Part shown: one piece after another, positions 8,786 to 18,550 of the stretch
Numbering within the stretch: position 1 is the stretch's first letter
Layout: the number at the start of each line of letters is the position of its first letter
Assembly: GCA_963675745.2 (NCBI GenBank)
Contig: CAXXWX010000015.1
Span: forward strand, 384,001 to 448,000
Direction: 5' to 3'
Source: Phycisphaerae bacterium
GTDB taxonomy: Bacteria > Planctomycetota > Phycisphaerae > UBA1845 > Fen-1342
Length of the DNA stretch: 64,000 nucleotides
Program-made: the position numbers and the translations under genes
The notes under the pieces: generated by a model
Told to the model about the DNA's origin: nothing
What the model saw: only the letters and a program-made list of their open reading frames with translations
Database searches by the model: none

Positions 8786-10762
8786 CTACTTCTCGCGGGC
8801 CTGCGCCACGTACCGCAAACCGGCTTGTGCCGGTGCAAACTGTGGATCCAACTCCAGCGCCGCGTGAAAGGCCGCCTCGGCTTCGTCCAGACGCTCCTGC
8901 TTCAGCCTGAGGACACCCAGCACTTGTCGCATCCGCGTGTCATTCGGGGCCAATTCCAGACCGCGCTGTATGTAGCTCTCGGCGGCGTCAAACCGCCCGA
9001 GTTCGACCAGTGCAATTGATATTTCGGGTAGTGTGCCCGTGTCGTCAGGCACGATGTCAAGCGTTATCGCAAACTGGTCAACGGCGTCCTGAAAGCGCTC
9101 AGCCGTAAATAGCAACTGCCCATATGTGCGCCGCACCAGGTAGTTTGCCGGGGCGATGTCGCAGGCATCATCTATCACCGCCAGTGCGTCGGCGAGCTTG
9201 CCCTGCTTGTGTAACACCTGCGCCAGCGCGGCGCGTAGCTGAGCCACGTCGGGAAACACCTTGATCAAGTCACGGTAGATTCGCTCGGCCTCGCCAAAGT
9301 CGCCCCGCGCCGCACAAGTCAGCGCGACGGTGCGCATGTTGATGTGCGTGATATGGTCCTTCGGGTCGCCGCCCTCCGGCTCGAAGTGGTCCAGCTCCGA
9401 ACCCGCATCCTCCTGCCGCGAGCCGCCGATATAGCCCAGCGACTCCAGCCGGGCCACGTCCACTGGCGACAACTCCACCGCGGCGTCTCGCGCATCCGCC
9501 GCCACGGGTGGCGGCGCCTCGGCGAGCACATGTCGTAGACGCTCGCGCATCTCGGCCGCGCGCTGTGGCTGCTTGGCAGCCAGATTGCGTAGCTCGCCGG
9601 GATCGTTACCCAGGTCATACAACTCCGGCGTCGGCGCGTGGATGTACTTGTAGCCGCCGTATACCACGCTGCGCAGTTGCGAGAGGTTCAGCTTCACCTG
9701 GTTCTCAAAGGTCTCGGCGTAGGCCAGCAAGCCCAGGTTCCGCTCCTCTCCGGCGATCAACGGAAACAGACTGACGCCCTGCATCTCGTCGCCGGCCGCG
9801 ATACCCAGCGCCTCCAGAATGGTGGGCGTGATGTCGATTGTGCGCACCTGCTCGGGTATCTCCAGCCCCGCGGGGATTACGCCGGGCAGGCGAAACATGA
9901 GCGCGACGTGCAACACCGAGTCATACAGGAAATTGCCGTGATGCAATTCGCCGTGGTCGCCCAGCCCCTCGCCATGGTCCGCGACAACGACCACAAGCGT
10001 CTTCTGCTCGAGCTCCAGTTCACCGAGCGCGTCCAGCAGCCGGCCGACCTGCCCATCCATGAATGATATCTCGTGCGCATACGCCACGGGAGAGTCACGC
10101 TCGGCCACGACCGGTGACTCATACGGATCGTGCGGATCGTAGAAATGCACCCACAGGAAGAAGTGCTGCCCGGCCACGTTGCGCAGCAGATCAAGCGCGT
10201 CATCGGCGATATCGTCGCCTTTCCGCTCCGCTTTCTGGGCGTCCTTGGCGCCGCTGATGATCACGTCGTGATATGTATCAAACCCCTGGTCAGTGCCGAA
10301 TTGCCGGTTCAGCACAAACGAGGCCACGGTCGCGGCAGTGCTGGCGCCGTTGGCCTTGAGAGTTTCCGCGAGCGTAACATTGGCGTTCGACAGCCGGGTC
10401 GTCCCGTTGCGCCGCGCGCCGTGCACGAACGGATAAACACCGGTCATGATGCTGGCGTGCGATGGCAGTGTCATACCCGAACAGGTCGTACACTGCGTGA
10501 AAAGCACGCCCTCGCGCGCGATGCGGTCGATATTGGGGGTGCGAGCGTATTTGCGCCCAAAGCAACCAAGATAGTCCGCGCGCGTCGTGTCCAGTGTGAT
10601 CATGAGCACGTTCAGTGCCTCGGGTCGCGCGCCACCCGATTGCGGCACAAGTCGCGCGACCGCCCACGCGGCGGCCACCACAAGCAGTACAACACCGAGC
10701 CACACACCCACACCGGGGCGGCTTCGTCGGAGATCCTCAGCGTCCGGAGTACCTCTGGTCAT
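8786..10762 (-). CDS. Membrane-anchored sulfatase-like protein with C-terminal TPR repeats (tandem paralogue of 6719..8704)
   Basis: Same motifs: ITLDTTRAD, MTLPSHASIMTGVYPFVHGARRNG, ADHGEGLGDH, TPR tail. Confidence 0.88.
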   Translation of the reverse strand: MTRGTPDAEDLRRSRPGVGVWLGVVLLVVAAAWAVARLVPQSGGARPEALNVLMITLDTTRADYLGCFGRKYARTPNIDRIAREGVLFTQCTTCSGMTLPSHASIMTGVYPFVHGARRNGTTRLSNANVTLAETLKANGASTAATVASFVLNRQFGTDQGFDTYHDVIISGAKDAQKAERKGDDIADDALDLLRNVAGQHFFLWVHFYDPHDPYESPVVAERDSPVAYAHEISFMDGQVGRLLDALGELELEQKTLVVVVADHGEGLGDHGELHHGNFLYDSVLHVALMFRLPGVIPAGLEIPEQVRTIDITPTILEALGIAAGDEMQGVSLFPLIAGEERNLGLLAYAETFENQVKLNLSQLRSVVYGGYKYIHAPTPELYDLGNDPGELRNLAAKQPQRAAEMRERLRHVLAEAPPPVAADARDAAVELSPVDVARLESLGYIGGSRQEDAGSELDHFEPEGGDPKDHITHINMRTVALTCAARGDFGEAERIYRDLIKVFPDVAQLRAALAQVLHKQGKLADALAVIDDACDIAPANYLVRRTYGQLLFTAERFQDAVDQFAITLDIVPDDTGTLPEISIALVELGRFDAAESYIQRGLELAPNDTRMRQVLGVLRLKQERLDEAEAAFHAALELDPQFAPAQAGLRYVAQAREK

Positions 10763-12393
10763 TCACCACCATCATCGCGCGCGGCGTTTGGATCATCGCG
10801 CGTCTCGGGCTCGTCGTCGAACAGATCCTCTGTACCGCCGCCGCCGATGTACCCCACGGCACGCAGGCGACGGATTGTCTCCGGATCGAGATCGCCGACC
10901 TCGGCTGTCTGGACCGCCGCCTGGATACACTCGTCGTACCATGTCTCGGCTTCGGCGAGCATCGCCTCGACGACCGCGGGCCGTTCGGAGGCGATGTCAT
11001 TGCGCTCGTGCGGATCCCGCGCGAGATCGTAGAGCTCGAGTGAATCCAGGTTGACGTTCCATATCCCCTTGAGCTGGCCCTGCCGGATAACGACGTTGAC
11101 ATCCCCGCGTGTCAGGCGCCACGGCTTGAAATACCGCGTTGTGTTGATGCGCAGGCCGGTAATCGCGGGGTCGCCGACGTCCGGCGGGTCGCCGCCGGCG
11201 ATCAACGGCAGCAGGCTGCGCCCCCGAGCGCCCCCCGCCAGATCGGTGCGTCCGACGTAGTCCATGAGCGTCGGCAGCAGATCCACCAGGGATACCGGCG
11301 TCTTCACGCGCTGTCCGGCGAAGCGGTTGCCGGGAAAGCGCACAATCAACGGCACGCGCACGAGCTCCTCATACACCGATTGGTCGTGCAGCCAACCGCC
11401 GTGCTCACCCATTTCCTCGCCGTGGTCAGCGACGTAAATGAACAACGTGTTGTCCCACAGATCCATGGTCTTCAGGGCCGTAATCGTCGTGCCGACGCGC
11501 GAGTCCGCCAGACGCACGGCGGCATCGTACAGCTCGCTCCAATCGCTGTGCATGGCCTGCATGCTGCTCAGGTGCTGCAGCTGCGTGTCGGTCTGATCGT
11601 TCGTGCCCAGCGGCAGACGCTTGCGATAATCGTATTCGGCCGCCGCCTTGTACTCGTGAAAGTCGAGCTTGACGCGTTGCCGCACCGGGTCGGAGATATC
11701 GCGGAAACCGTCGGTATGCTTCGGCGCGTAGTGATACGGGTCATGCGGCTCCATGTTGTGGACATACATAAAGAACGGCTGCGGCGGCGATATCCCGAGC
11801 GCCGTGGCCACTCGCTTACCACCATTGCGCCCGCCCGCCTGTGGTCGCATGAAACCCTGCGACATACCGAACTGCGGACCGATGAACTCGTTACCGTAAA
11901 GCGCGTAAGTCGTATAACCGGCGCGGACCAGCCGTTCGGCGAGCGTGTCGAACGACTCGGCCAGGCGTTCGTAGCGCGTCAGCATGTTGTGTTCGCACGG
12001 GTACGTCGATGTGAACATCGAGGCGACCGATGGTATCGTCCACGGCGCGGGGGCCGTCGCGTTTTCGAATACGACGCCGGTCGCGGCCAACTCGTCGGCG
12101 CACGGCGTCGTCGGCCGGTTGTACCCGTAGGGCCCCATCCGATCAGCCCGCAGCGTGTCAATCAGGAAGATGAAGATGTTCACCGGCTGCTTGGCGCGCG
12201 CGTCGGCGACGGTGCCTTTGTCCACGTGCGTCCAGGCGCCGGACTGCGCCTCGCCGCCATCAGGCTCTGCGTCTTTGCCGCCACGAAGCATGGCCCATGC
12301 TACGGCGGCGATGAGCACAACCAGCACGGCAATCGCCCCGCCAAGCCGTCGTGGCCCCGGGCTCGGCGTGGCAGCGTGTTTCTGCTTTGACAC
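10759..12393 (-). CDS. Membrane-anchored sulfatase-like protein
   Basis: FLIDTLRAD, APWTIPSVAS, HNMEPH, ADHGEEMGEH; start set at GTG 12393 behind GGAGG; 4-bp overlap with the downstream gene. Confidence 0.85.
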   Translation of the reverse strand: MSKQKHAATPSPGPRRLGGAIAVLVVLIAAVAWAMLRGGKDAEPDGGEAQSGAWTHVDKGTVADARAKQPVNIFIFLIDTLRADRMGPYGYNRPTTPCADELAATGVVFENATAPAPWTIPSVASMFTSTYPCEHNMLTRYERLAESFDTLAERLVRAGYTTYALYGNEFIGPQFGMSQGFMRPQAGGRNGGKRVATALGISPPQPFFMYVHNMEPHDPYHYAPKHTDGFRDISDPVRQRVKLDFHEYKAAAEYDYRKRLPLGTNDQTDTQLQHLSSMQAMHSDWSELYDAAVRLADSRVGTTITALKTMDLWDNTLFIYVADHGEEMGEHGGWLHDQSVYEELVRVPLIVRFPGNRFAGQRVKTPVSLVDLLPTLMDYVGRTDLAGGARGRSLLPLIAGGDPPDVGDPAITGLRINTTRYFKPWRLTRGDVNVVIRQGQLKGIWNVNLDSLELYDLARDPHERNDIASERPAVVEAMLAEAETWYDECIQAAVQTAEVGDLDPETIRRLRAVGYIGGGGTEDLFDDEPETRDDPNAARDDGGE

Positions 12394-12520
12394 AACATCC
12401 TCCAACATGCAAACCCACAGTATAAACGATCGGCACGCAGAATGGGCCCCGTCGAGTCGCTGACAGCCAGCGCGCCAAGTCGTACAATCGCGACAAGCTG
12501 ACACATTTGCGAGTGCTAAC

Positions 12521-14554
12521 GTGCTACTGAGCGCCTGGTCGATCCTCTGCGAGTCCGCACCGTTTATTCTGGCGGGGTTCTTCATCGCCGGTCTGCTCGA
12601 CGCACTGTTGTCAGCTCGGCGACTGGCCGGATGGCTGGGCGAGTCCGGGACACGCTCGGTAATCCGCGCAACGCTCGTCGGGGCGCCGCTGCCGCTGTGC
12701 TCTTGCAGTGTATTGCCGGCGGCGGTGACGATGCGCAAAAAAGGCGCCAGCCGCGGAGCCACACTCTCCTTTCTGGTGTCCACGCCGGAAACCAGCGTCA
12801 CTTCGCTGCTGCTCACTTACGCGCTGCTGGGGCCGGCGCTGGCGGTAATCAGACCGATCGCGGCACTGGTCACGGCAATCACGGCCGGACTGGTCGAGAA
12901 CTTCGTCGAAGCACGCTGCGCTGAGAAACCAGGCGCGGTTGGCGATGGCCCCGCTTCGGAGGATGGACAGTCCGACGAAGATGCTGCGGCTGCTCCCGAC
13001 GCGACACTCCCGCTGGGGGCGCGACTGCGCGCCGGCATGCACAACGCCTTCGTCAGCTTGTTTGATGACATCTTCATATGGGTGTTGCTGGGGATATTGG
13101 TGGCGGCGGGTATCCAGGCCTGGCTGCCGCCGGAGTTGCTGAATCGCATACTGGGCGGCGAACTGCGTTCCATGCTGGTGATGGTCCTGATCGCCGTGCC
13201 GCTGTACGTGTGCAATGAAGCATCGACGCCGATCGCCGCCGTCTTCATGCTCCAGGGGGTGAGCCCCGGGGCGGCGCTCGTTTTCCTCTTGTGTGGACCG
13301 GCAACCAATATCGGCTCGCTGGGTGTGTTGTATCGCCTGCTCGGCCGGCGCGCGGTGATTGTGTACCTGGCGTCAATCATCATCGTCTCGGTGCTGGGCG
13401 GCCTGGCCGTCAACATGCTGTTGAGCCGACCCGAGATCGGCCTGCAACCGCGCGTGCTCGACGAGCCGCTAACTCCCGCATGGATCAAGGTTGTCGGCGC
13501 CCTGGTGTTCCTGGCGCTGGGTGTGATGACCATCAGGCGAGCCCGATACGCCACCCGGCTGGCTGCCTGGCTCGAGGCCCGTCTGCCGGTACCGGTGTCA
13601 CCCGGCGTGGTGCACATTGCCATGTGGCTGCTGGTCATCGGCGGCTACTTCTGCTCCGGCTTCGGCATCGTGCGCGCCGGCGAGATCGGCATCCAACAGC
13701 GCTTCGGAAAGATCATCCGCGCCGATCTGTCACCCGGACTGCACTACACGCTGCCCTACCCCATCGACACGCTGGATCGCGTGGCGGTGCAACTGGTACG
13801 CCGCACGATCGTCGGGATTGAATACGACGAGAGCGGAGCCGTTGTCGACACGGACCCGCGCGAGGCATGGATCCTGATCGGTGACGAGAACATCGCGGAT
13901 ATCCAGGCCGCCATCCACTGGGGGGCCAGGGCCGATCAGCTCACTCTCTTCGAATACGGCGTGACCGACCGGGAGCAGCTTGTGCGCGACGTGGTTCAGG
14001 CGGCCATGCGCGAGGTGCTTTCCGGCGCATCGATTGAAACCCTGTTCACCGCGAGCCGGCGACAGCACGAGTCGCAGGTCGAGCAGCTCACCCAGAGTCG
14101 GCTGGATGCGTACCAGAGCGGGATCCGCGTACACGCCTTTCACATTCTGTATGCCCACTCGCCACCCGATGTTCACGAGGCTTTTCGCGATGTGGCCAGC
14201 GCTTTGGAGGACCGGGCGACACAGGTCAACCAGGCGCGGGCGCAGGAAGCGCAACTAATCCCGCTGGCGCGCGGGGAGGCCGACTGGATGTTGCGAGAAG
14301 CCGAAGCCTATGCCGCTCTGACAGTCAGCCGGGCTCGTGGCGACGCGGAGCGGTTCACGGCTTTGCAGCGTGTCTACCACGAGTGGCCGCACGTGACCGC
14401 GAAGCGTCTGGAGTACGAGACGATCGAGAAAGTCTTGCCGGACATACGAAAGTACCTCATTCCACCGCGACCGGCGTCTGATGAAATCGAGATCTGGTTC
14501 CTCGATGACGCCGCCAGGAAGCGGACGCCCTTGTGGGCACCGGAGGATCAGTGA
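12521..14554 (+). CDS. DUF318/SO_0444-type permease fused to a C-terminal HflK-like SPFH domain
   Basis: N-half PLPLCSCSVLP, FLVSTPET, PLYVC..ASTPIAA, GPATN with many TM segments; C-half GIQQRFGK..PGLHYTLPYPID, GDENIADI, PPDVHEAFRDV, ARGDAERF. Confidence 0.85.
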   Translation: MLLSAWSILCESAPFILAGFFIAGLLDALLSARRLAGWLGESGTRSVIRATLVGAPLPLCSCSVLPAAVTMRKKGASRGATLSFLVSTPETSVTSLLLTYALLGPALAVIRPIAALVTAITAGLVENFVEARCAEKPGAVGDGPASEDGQSDEDAAAAPDATLPLGARLRAGMHNAFVSLFDDIFIWVLLGILVAAGIQAWLPPELLNRILGGELRSMLVMVLIAVPLYVCNEASTPIAAVFMLQGVSPGAALVFLLCGPATNIGSLGVLYRLLGRRAVIVYLASIIIVSVLGGLAVNMLLSRPEIGLQPRVLDEPLTPAWIKVVGALVFLALGVMTIRRARYATRLAAWLEARLPVPVSPGVVHIAMWLLVIGGYFCSGFGIVRAGEIGIQQRFGKIIRADLSPGLHYTLPYPIDTLDRVAVQLVRRTIVGIEYDESGAVVDTDPREAWILIGDENIADIQAAIHWGARADQLTLFEYGVTDREQLVRDVVQAAMREVLSGASIETLFTASRRQHESQVEQLTQSRLDAYQSGIRVHAFHILYAHSPPDVHEAFRDVASALEDRATQVNQARAQEAQLIPLARGEADWMLREAEAYAALTVSRARGDAERFTALQRVYHEWPHVTAKRLEYETIEKVLPDIRKYLIPPRPASDEIEIWFLDDAARKRTPLWAPEDQ

Positions 14555-14585
14555 GCTCCGCTGAAACGCGAAGCGGGATAACGCC

Positions 14586-15539
14586 ATGCGAACAACCGTT
14601 ACACTCCTGATTGTGGCCGCACTCCTGGCGCTGGTGTGCTCGTGCTTTTTCATCGTCGATGAAACCGAGTTTGTCATCCAGTTGCGCTTCGGCGACCCGG
14701 TGAACACGCGCACCGAGCCGGGCCTGTACGTCAAGTGGCCTTGGCCGATCGACCTGCTCGCGCGCTTCGACAACCGGCTGATGGTGCTCGAAAACCCCGC
14801 GCCCGGCGAGGCGGACAAGGAATACCTGACACAGGATGAGGAATCCGGCATCGGCAAGAACGTCGTGGTGACAACCTACACCTGCTGGAGAATCAAACCC
14901 GATCCAAACGCCGCGCTGCTCTTTCTCAAAACCATGCGCGATATCCCCAGTGCCGAGGCACGGCTTGGCGACATAGTTGTCGCGGAACTGGGCGTCGCGC
15001 TCGGTGAGCATGACTTCTCGGTGCTGGTAACCACCGACGAATCGCAGCACCGCTGGGCGCAGTTTCTCGAGGATGTGCGCGCCAAGTGCGCGGCACGCGT
15101 GAAAGACGCGTACGGTATCGAGGTGCTTGATATCAAGATCCAGCGTCTGAACTTCCCAGACCAGAATCGGCGCAACGTGTTTGATCGCATGCGCGCCGAA
15201 CGCGAGACCATCGCGACGCGCTATCGCTCCGAAGGCATGGAGCAGGCCACGCGCGTTCGGGCCCAGGCCAATCGCCAGCGCGAGGAACTGCTCGCGCAGG
15301 CCATCGAGGAGAGGGAGCGCATCCGCGGCGACGCCGACGCCGAAGCCGCCCGGACTTACGCCGAGGCGTACGGCCAAGACCCGGACTTCTACGATTTCAT
15401 GCGCACGTTGGAAGCCTACGAAACCACGCTCAAGGAGAACACCGTCGCGGTCTTGTCGGGAAGCAGTGATTTCCTGCGCCTGCTGAATAGGCCCCCGCGC
15501 TCATTGTCGCCGACGACCCAACCGTCGACCGAGGAATAG
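14586..15539 (+). CDS. hflC: HflC-like SPFH protein
   Basis: FIVDETEFVIQLRFG, PGLYVKWP, VFDRMRAERE, RSEG, GDADAEA, DPDFYDFMRTLEAY. Confidence 0.9.
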   Translation: MRTTVTLLIVAALLALVCSCFFIVDETEFVIQLRFGDPVNTRTEPGLYVKWPWPIDLLARFDNRLMVLENPAPGEADKEYLTQDEESGIGKNVVVTTYTCWRIKPDPNAALLFLKTMRDIPSAEARLGDIVVAELGVALGEHDFSVLVTTDESQHRWAQFLEDVRAKCAARVKDAYGIEVLDIKIQRLNFPDQNRRNVFDRMRAERETIATRYRSEGMEQATRVRAQANRQREELLAQAIEERERIRGDADAEAARTYAEAYGQDPDFYDFMRTLEAYETTLKENTVAVLSGSSDFLRLLNRPPRSLSPTTQPSTEE

Positions 15540-15546
15540 GCACACC

Positions 15547-16491
15547 ATGCCAAGGGCACGCACCTGGACCATCCTGGCGGCCGCCATCGCGCTGCTCGCC
15601 TACGCCGCCTCCGGCTTCTATTTCGTGGAGTCGAACGAGCGCGGCGTGGTGCGTTGGTTTGGGCGGGTCTACGAGTCGGGTCGCAAAGTCCAGCCGGGAC
15701 TGCACTACGCCGCGCCCTGGCCGATCTGCCAGGTCGATACACCCAAGACCACCGAGGTGCGCCGCGTGTATGTCAGCCTGCTGCCCGCGCAGCGCGAGGC
15801 GATAGCGCGCGGTGAGATTGAGTCGATCGAGGCCAGCCCGGCGAGCGACGTGCTTTCAGGAGACGTCAACATCCTGAAGGTGACCATGGTCGTGCAGTAC
15901 CAGGTGATTGAGCCGGCGGCGTACCTGTTCAATACCAAAGATCCCGACCAGTTGGTGCGCGATGCCGTGCAGGCGATTCTGATCGAGGAACTCGCCGGCA
16001 TACCCGTCGATGAGGCCCTGACCTCCGCCAAGGCCCGCCTCCAACTGATCACACAACGACGCGCGCAAGAGACGCTCGACCGCTATGGCTGTGGCGTGCA
16101 GTTGGTCGCCGCCAACCTGGAATCGATCCAGCCGCCCCGCGCGATCATCGCGGCGTTCCAGGACGTCGTCAGTGCCAAGAAGGACGGCGAAAAGTCGGTT
16201 GACAGCGCCGTGGCCGAGGCCAGTCGCGTCGTTTCGCGCGCGCGGGGTGAGGCCGCCAGAATCCACGAGGAGGCCCTCGCCTATGCCAGCACCCGGCTGA
16301 GCAGGGCGCGCGGCGAAACCGCGCGTTTTCTCAGCATTCTGGCGGAGTATCGCCGTCAACCCGAGGTGTACGAGCGGCGTCTCATGTTGCAGACGTTTGA
16401 GAGCATCCTGCCCGATATGCGGATCTACATCCTGGACCACCAGGAGGGTGATCCGCCGACCCGGGTGCGCATCGTCGATTCACCGGAATAG
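15547..16491 (+). CDS. hflK: HflK-like SPFH protein
   Basis: ERGVVRWFG, PGLHYAAPWPI, LSGDVNI, QPP..AFQDVVSA, ARGETARF. Confidence 0.88.
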   Translation: MPRARTWTILAAAIALLAYAASGFYFVESNERGVVRWFGRVYESGRKVQPGLHYAAPWPICQVDTPKTTEVRRVYVSLLPAQREAIARGEIESIEASPASDVLSGDVNILKVTMVVQYQVIEPAAYLFNTKDPDQLVRDAVQAILIEELAGIPVDEALTSAKARLQLITQRRAQETLDRYGCGVQLVAANLESIQPPRAIIAAFQDVVSAKKDGEKSVDSAVAEASRVVSRARGEAARIHEEALAYASTRLSRARGETARFLSILAEYRRQPEVYERRLMLQTFESILPDMRIYILDHQEGDPPTRVRIVDSPE

Positions 16492-16507
16492 TCCCCCCCC
16501 GCCAATA

Positions 16508-16545
16508 GGACAAGGCACCGGCAGGAGGGTACCGGTGCCTTTTCC
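16508..16545 (+). terminator. Hairpin downstream of hflK, likely terminator
   Basis: aaggcaccgg...ccggtgcctt stem ending in a T-run, 17 bp after the stop. Confidence 0.5.
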
Positions 16546-16775
16546 GTGTCCTCAATGGGCGTTGGTGCGGGATACCGACGCCCGTGTCCCGCCCGGCAGG
16601 GCACCGGGCGAAGACGTGTCATGCAAGGGCTACTCGATCGTTATCCGCGGCTTGCCATTCTGCCGCGGCTTGTGCAGAAGAAACCCAAAGCTGCCAATGA
16701 CCAACAGGAGGCCAACGAACCAGAAAATAGTGCTAAGCATCGCAATCCCAACCACGTCCCAGCCTCGGTTTGGCC

Positions 16776-17858
16776 TCAGTCGCCGTACCAATCGACGCCC
16801 AGCCGCACCACCGCTGGAATCCGCTCCTCAGTTTGGACAAAGAACTCGAGCCGTGCTCTTGGCTCCTCGTTATCCTGGTACACGTCAAACTGATAGAGGT
16901 GGCGGCCATTTTCTTCAGAATACCACATCTCGAAATCGGCGGATTTGAGCGTTTCGATGCTCAGTGGTGAGCCGCAGTCGATGACAAAAGTCGCCAGACC
17001 GCCGCTGGGGCCACGAATCCATGCCTCGAAATGGGGCAGTTTCACACCCTCAAGTTCCTGGAAGTATTTATCGGACCACTGATTGCTCTCGGCGGCCGGG
17101 ACTATCACCAGATCAGGAGCGCCGACCAGCCGCACCAGCACCGTGTCCGTCGATTCGTATCCCCGGTCATCCACTACGGTTAGCGTGAACTCGAGATCGA
17201 TCGGCTCCCAGAACAGGCCATAGTGCGCATCGAGATCAGTGGCGATCGTCTCCGCCATCTCCCCCTGCTCAATCGTCACTCTGGGACCATCGGTCTGCGC
17301 CCACAGGTATCGTATTCCGACACCTTCGCTCGCGTTTCCCCCCAGCACGACCTTGCCCGCTCCGGCCCAGATAACCTGATCCACGCCGGCGTCGGCACGC
17401 GGCATCGGTCGATTCGCATCATCCTCGGACTCGGGCTCGGGCTCGACCGGCTCCCGCGGGTCACCGGGATCCTCGTCTGCGAGCGGCACGTCACCCTCGG
17501 TGGTTGACCTGCCCGGGCGCCAGATACGCTCGGGGATTTCGGGTGAATCCGGGGACTCGGAAGCCGGATATGCAGCGTCAGATGAGTCATCCGGCGAGGC
17601 TGCGTGCTCAGTCGTGTTGGGTTCCGAGGATGGACGCGCTGGCGACAGCGACACGGTCGTGACACGCGGCGATCTGCGCGCCGGAAACGGGGAGCCATGC
17701 TTTACCTGGAACTCCTCACCGTCGGCAACCAGCCCGTCATTCGCTTCGGGGCCCGCCGCGGCGGGCAGCGCGCTGGCCTCGCGCGGCTCATACGCCGAGC
17801 TGAGCATCATCAGCGTAACGCCCAACGAGAAGCACAATATGAACAAAAACGGTCGCAT
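16776..17858 (-). CDS. Secreted hypothetical protein with acidic low-complexity linker and PKD/K319L-like Ig domain
   Basis: Signal-like N-terminus; PRADAGVDQVI...YLWAQTDGP...LEFTLTVVD...STDTVLV. Confidence 0.65.
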   Translation of the reverse strand: MRPFLFILCFSLGVTLMMLSSAYEPREASALPAAAGPEANDGLVADGEEFQVKHGSPFPARRSPRVTTVSLSPARPSSEPNTTEHAASPDDSSDAAYPASESPDSPEIPERIWRPGRSTTEGDVPLADEDPGDPREPVEPEPESEDDANRPMPRADAGVDQVIWAGAGKVVLGGNASEGVGIRYLWAQTDGPRVTIEQGEMAETIATDLDAHYGLFWEPIDLEFTLTVVDDRGYESTDTVLVRLVGAPDLVIVPAAESNQWSDKYFQELEGVKLPHFEAWIRGPSGGLATFVIDCGSPLSIETLKSADFEMWYSEENGRHLYQFDVYQDNEEPRARLEFFVQTEERIPAVVRLGVDWYGD

Positions 17859-18282
17859 GTTGCAGGTTCCCTGGTGGCAAAGCGCGCGTCAGTAAGACCG
17901 TATGTGTTTCATCAGCAATCGGGGTCGCCGACTCCAGGATGACGTGCGTTTTCCCGCTGTGATACCTGATCGGCGTGTTGGGCACGCGGTTGGGGAAAAG
18001 TGGTGGAATTGCGCCTATTCGTGCCGCCGGTCTGCCGATGGACTATGGCAGAGGCATCGCCGACAAGAATTTCGGACTCTGCATGGCGATGAAGTCTGAT
18101 AGATTCAGCCCTTCTCGCCGACCAATCGGGACTTGGTGTGGAGACCTTCGACGGAGTCGTGCTATAATATAGATGAAATCATGGCACATCTGGTGAGTTG
18201 CGACCGGCTCTGGCCGGCCGTTCGATGACGCCACATATCTGACGCCATCCGAGACAACTGGCTGACGCACTGGGAGGATGCG

Positions 18283-18495
18283 ATGTCCAATAGCGACCGT
18301 ATCGCAATGGCTGAGGACTTGGCGAGAATCAGCACAGACCTGAGCGCGTTGCTCTCACGCCGCGAGGCGATCCCACCGCCCGTTTTTCAGATCCGCTACC
18401 AGGAGTTGAGCGAAGCGCGCAAACGGCTGGAAGCCAATATCGAACTGGACTGGGAGCGCGAACTCGCCGCCGGCAGCGCCGAGATGGTCCACTGA
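18283..18495 (+). CDS. Small helical hypothetical protein (70 aa)
   Basis: GGGAGG RBS before ATG; TATAAT near 18163; helical, coiled-coil-like composition. Confidence 0.5.
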   Translation: MSNSDRIAMAEDLARISTDLSALLSRREAIPPPVFQIRYQELSEARKRLEANIELDWERELAAGSAEMVH

Positions 18496-18550
18496 CAGAA
18501 CCTTTGTGGCGCCTCATGGCGCCGACTTCTGCGCGGAGCGGACGCCGCGC

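Noticed and set aside
12394..12816. Long N-terminal extension of the sulfatase-like ORF overlapping the permease gene
   Set aside because: Antisense to a well-supported gene; a GTG with GGAGG at 12393 precedes the TM anchor
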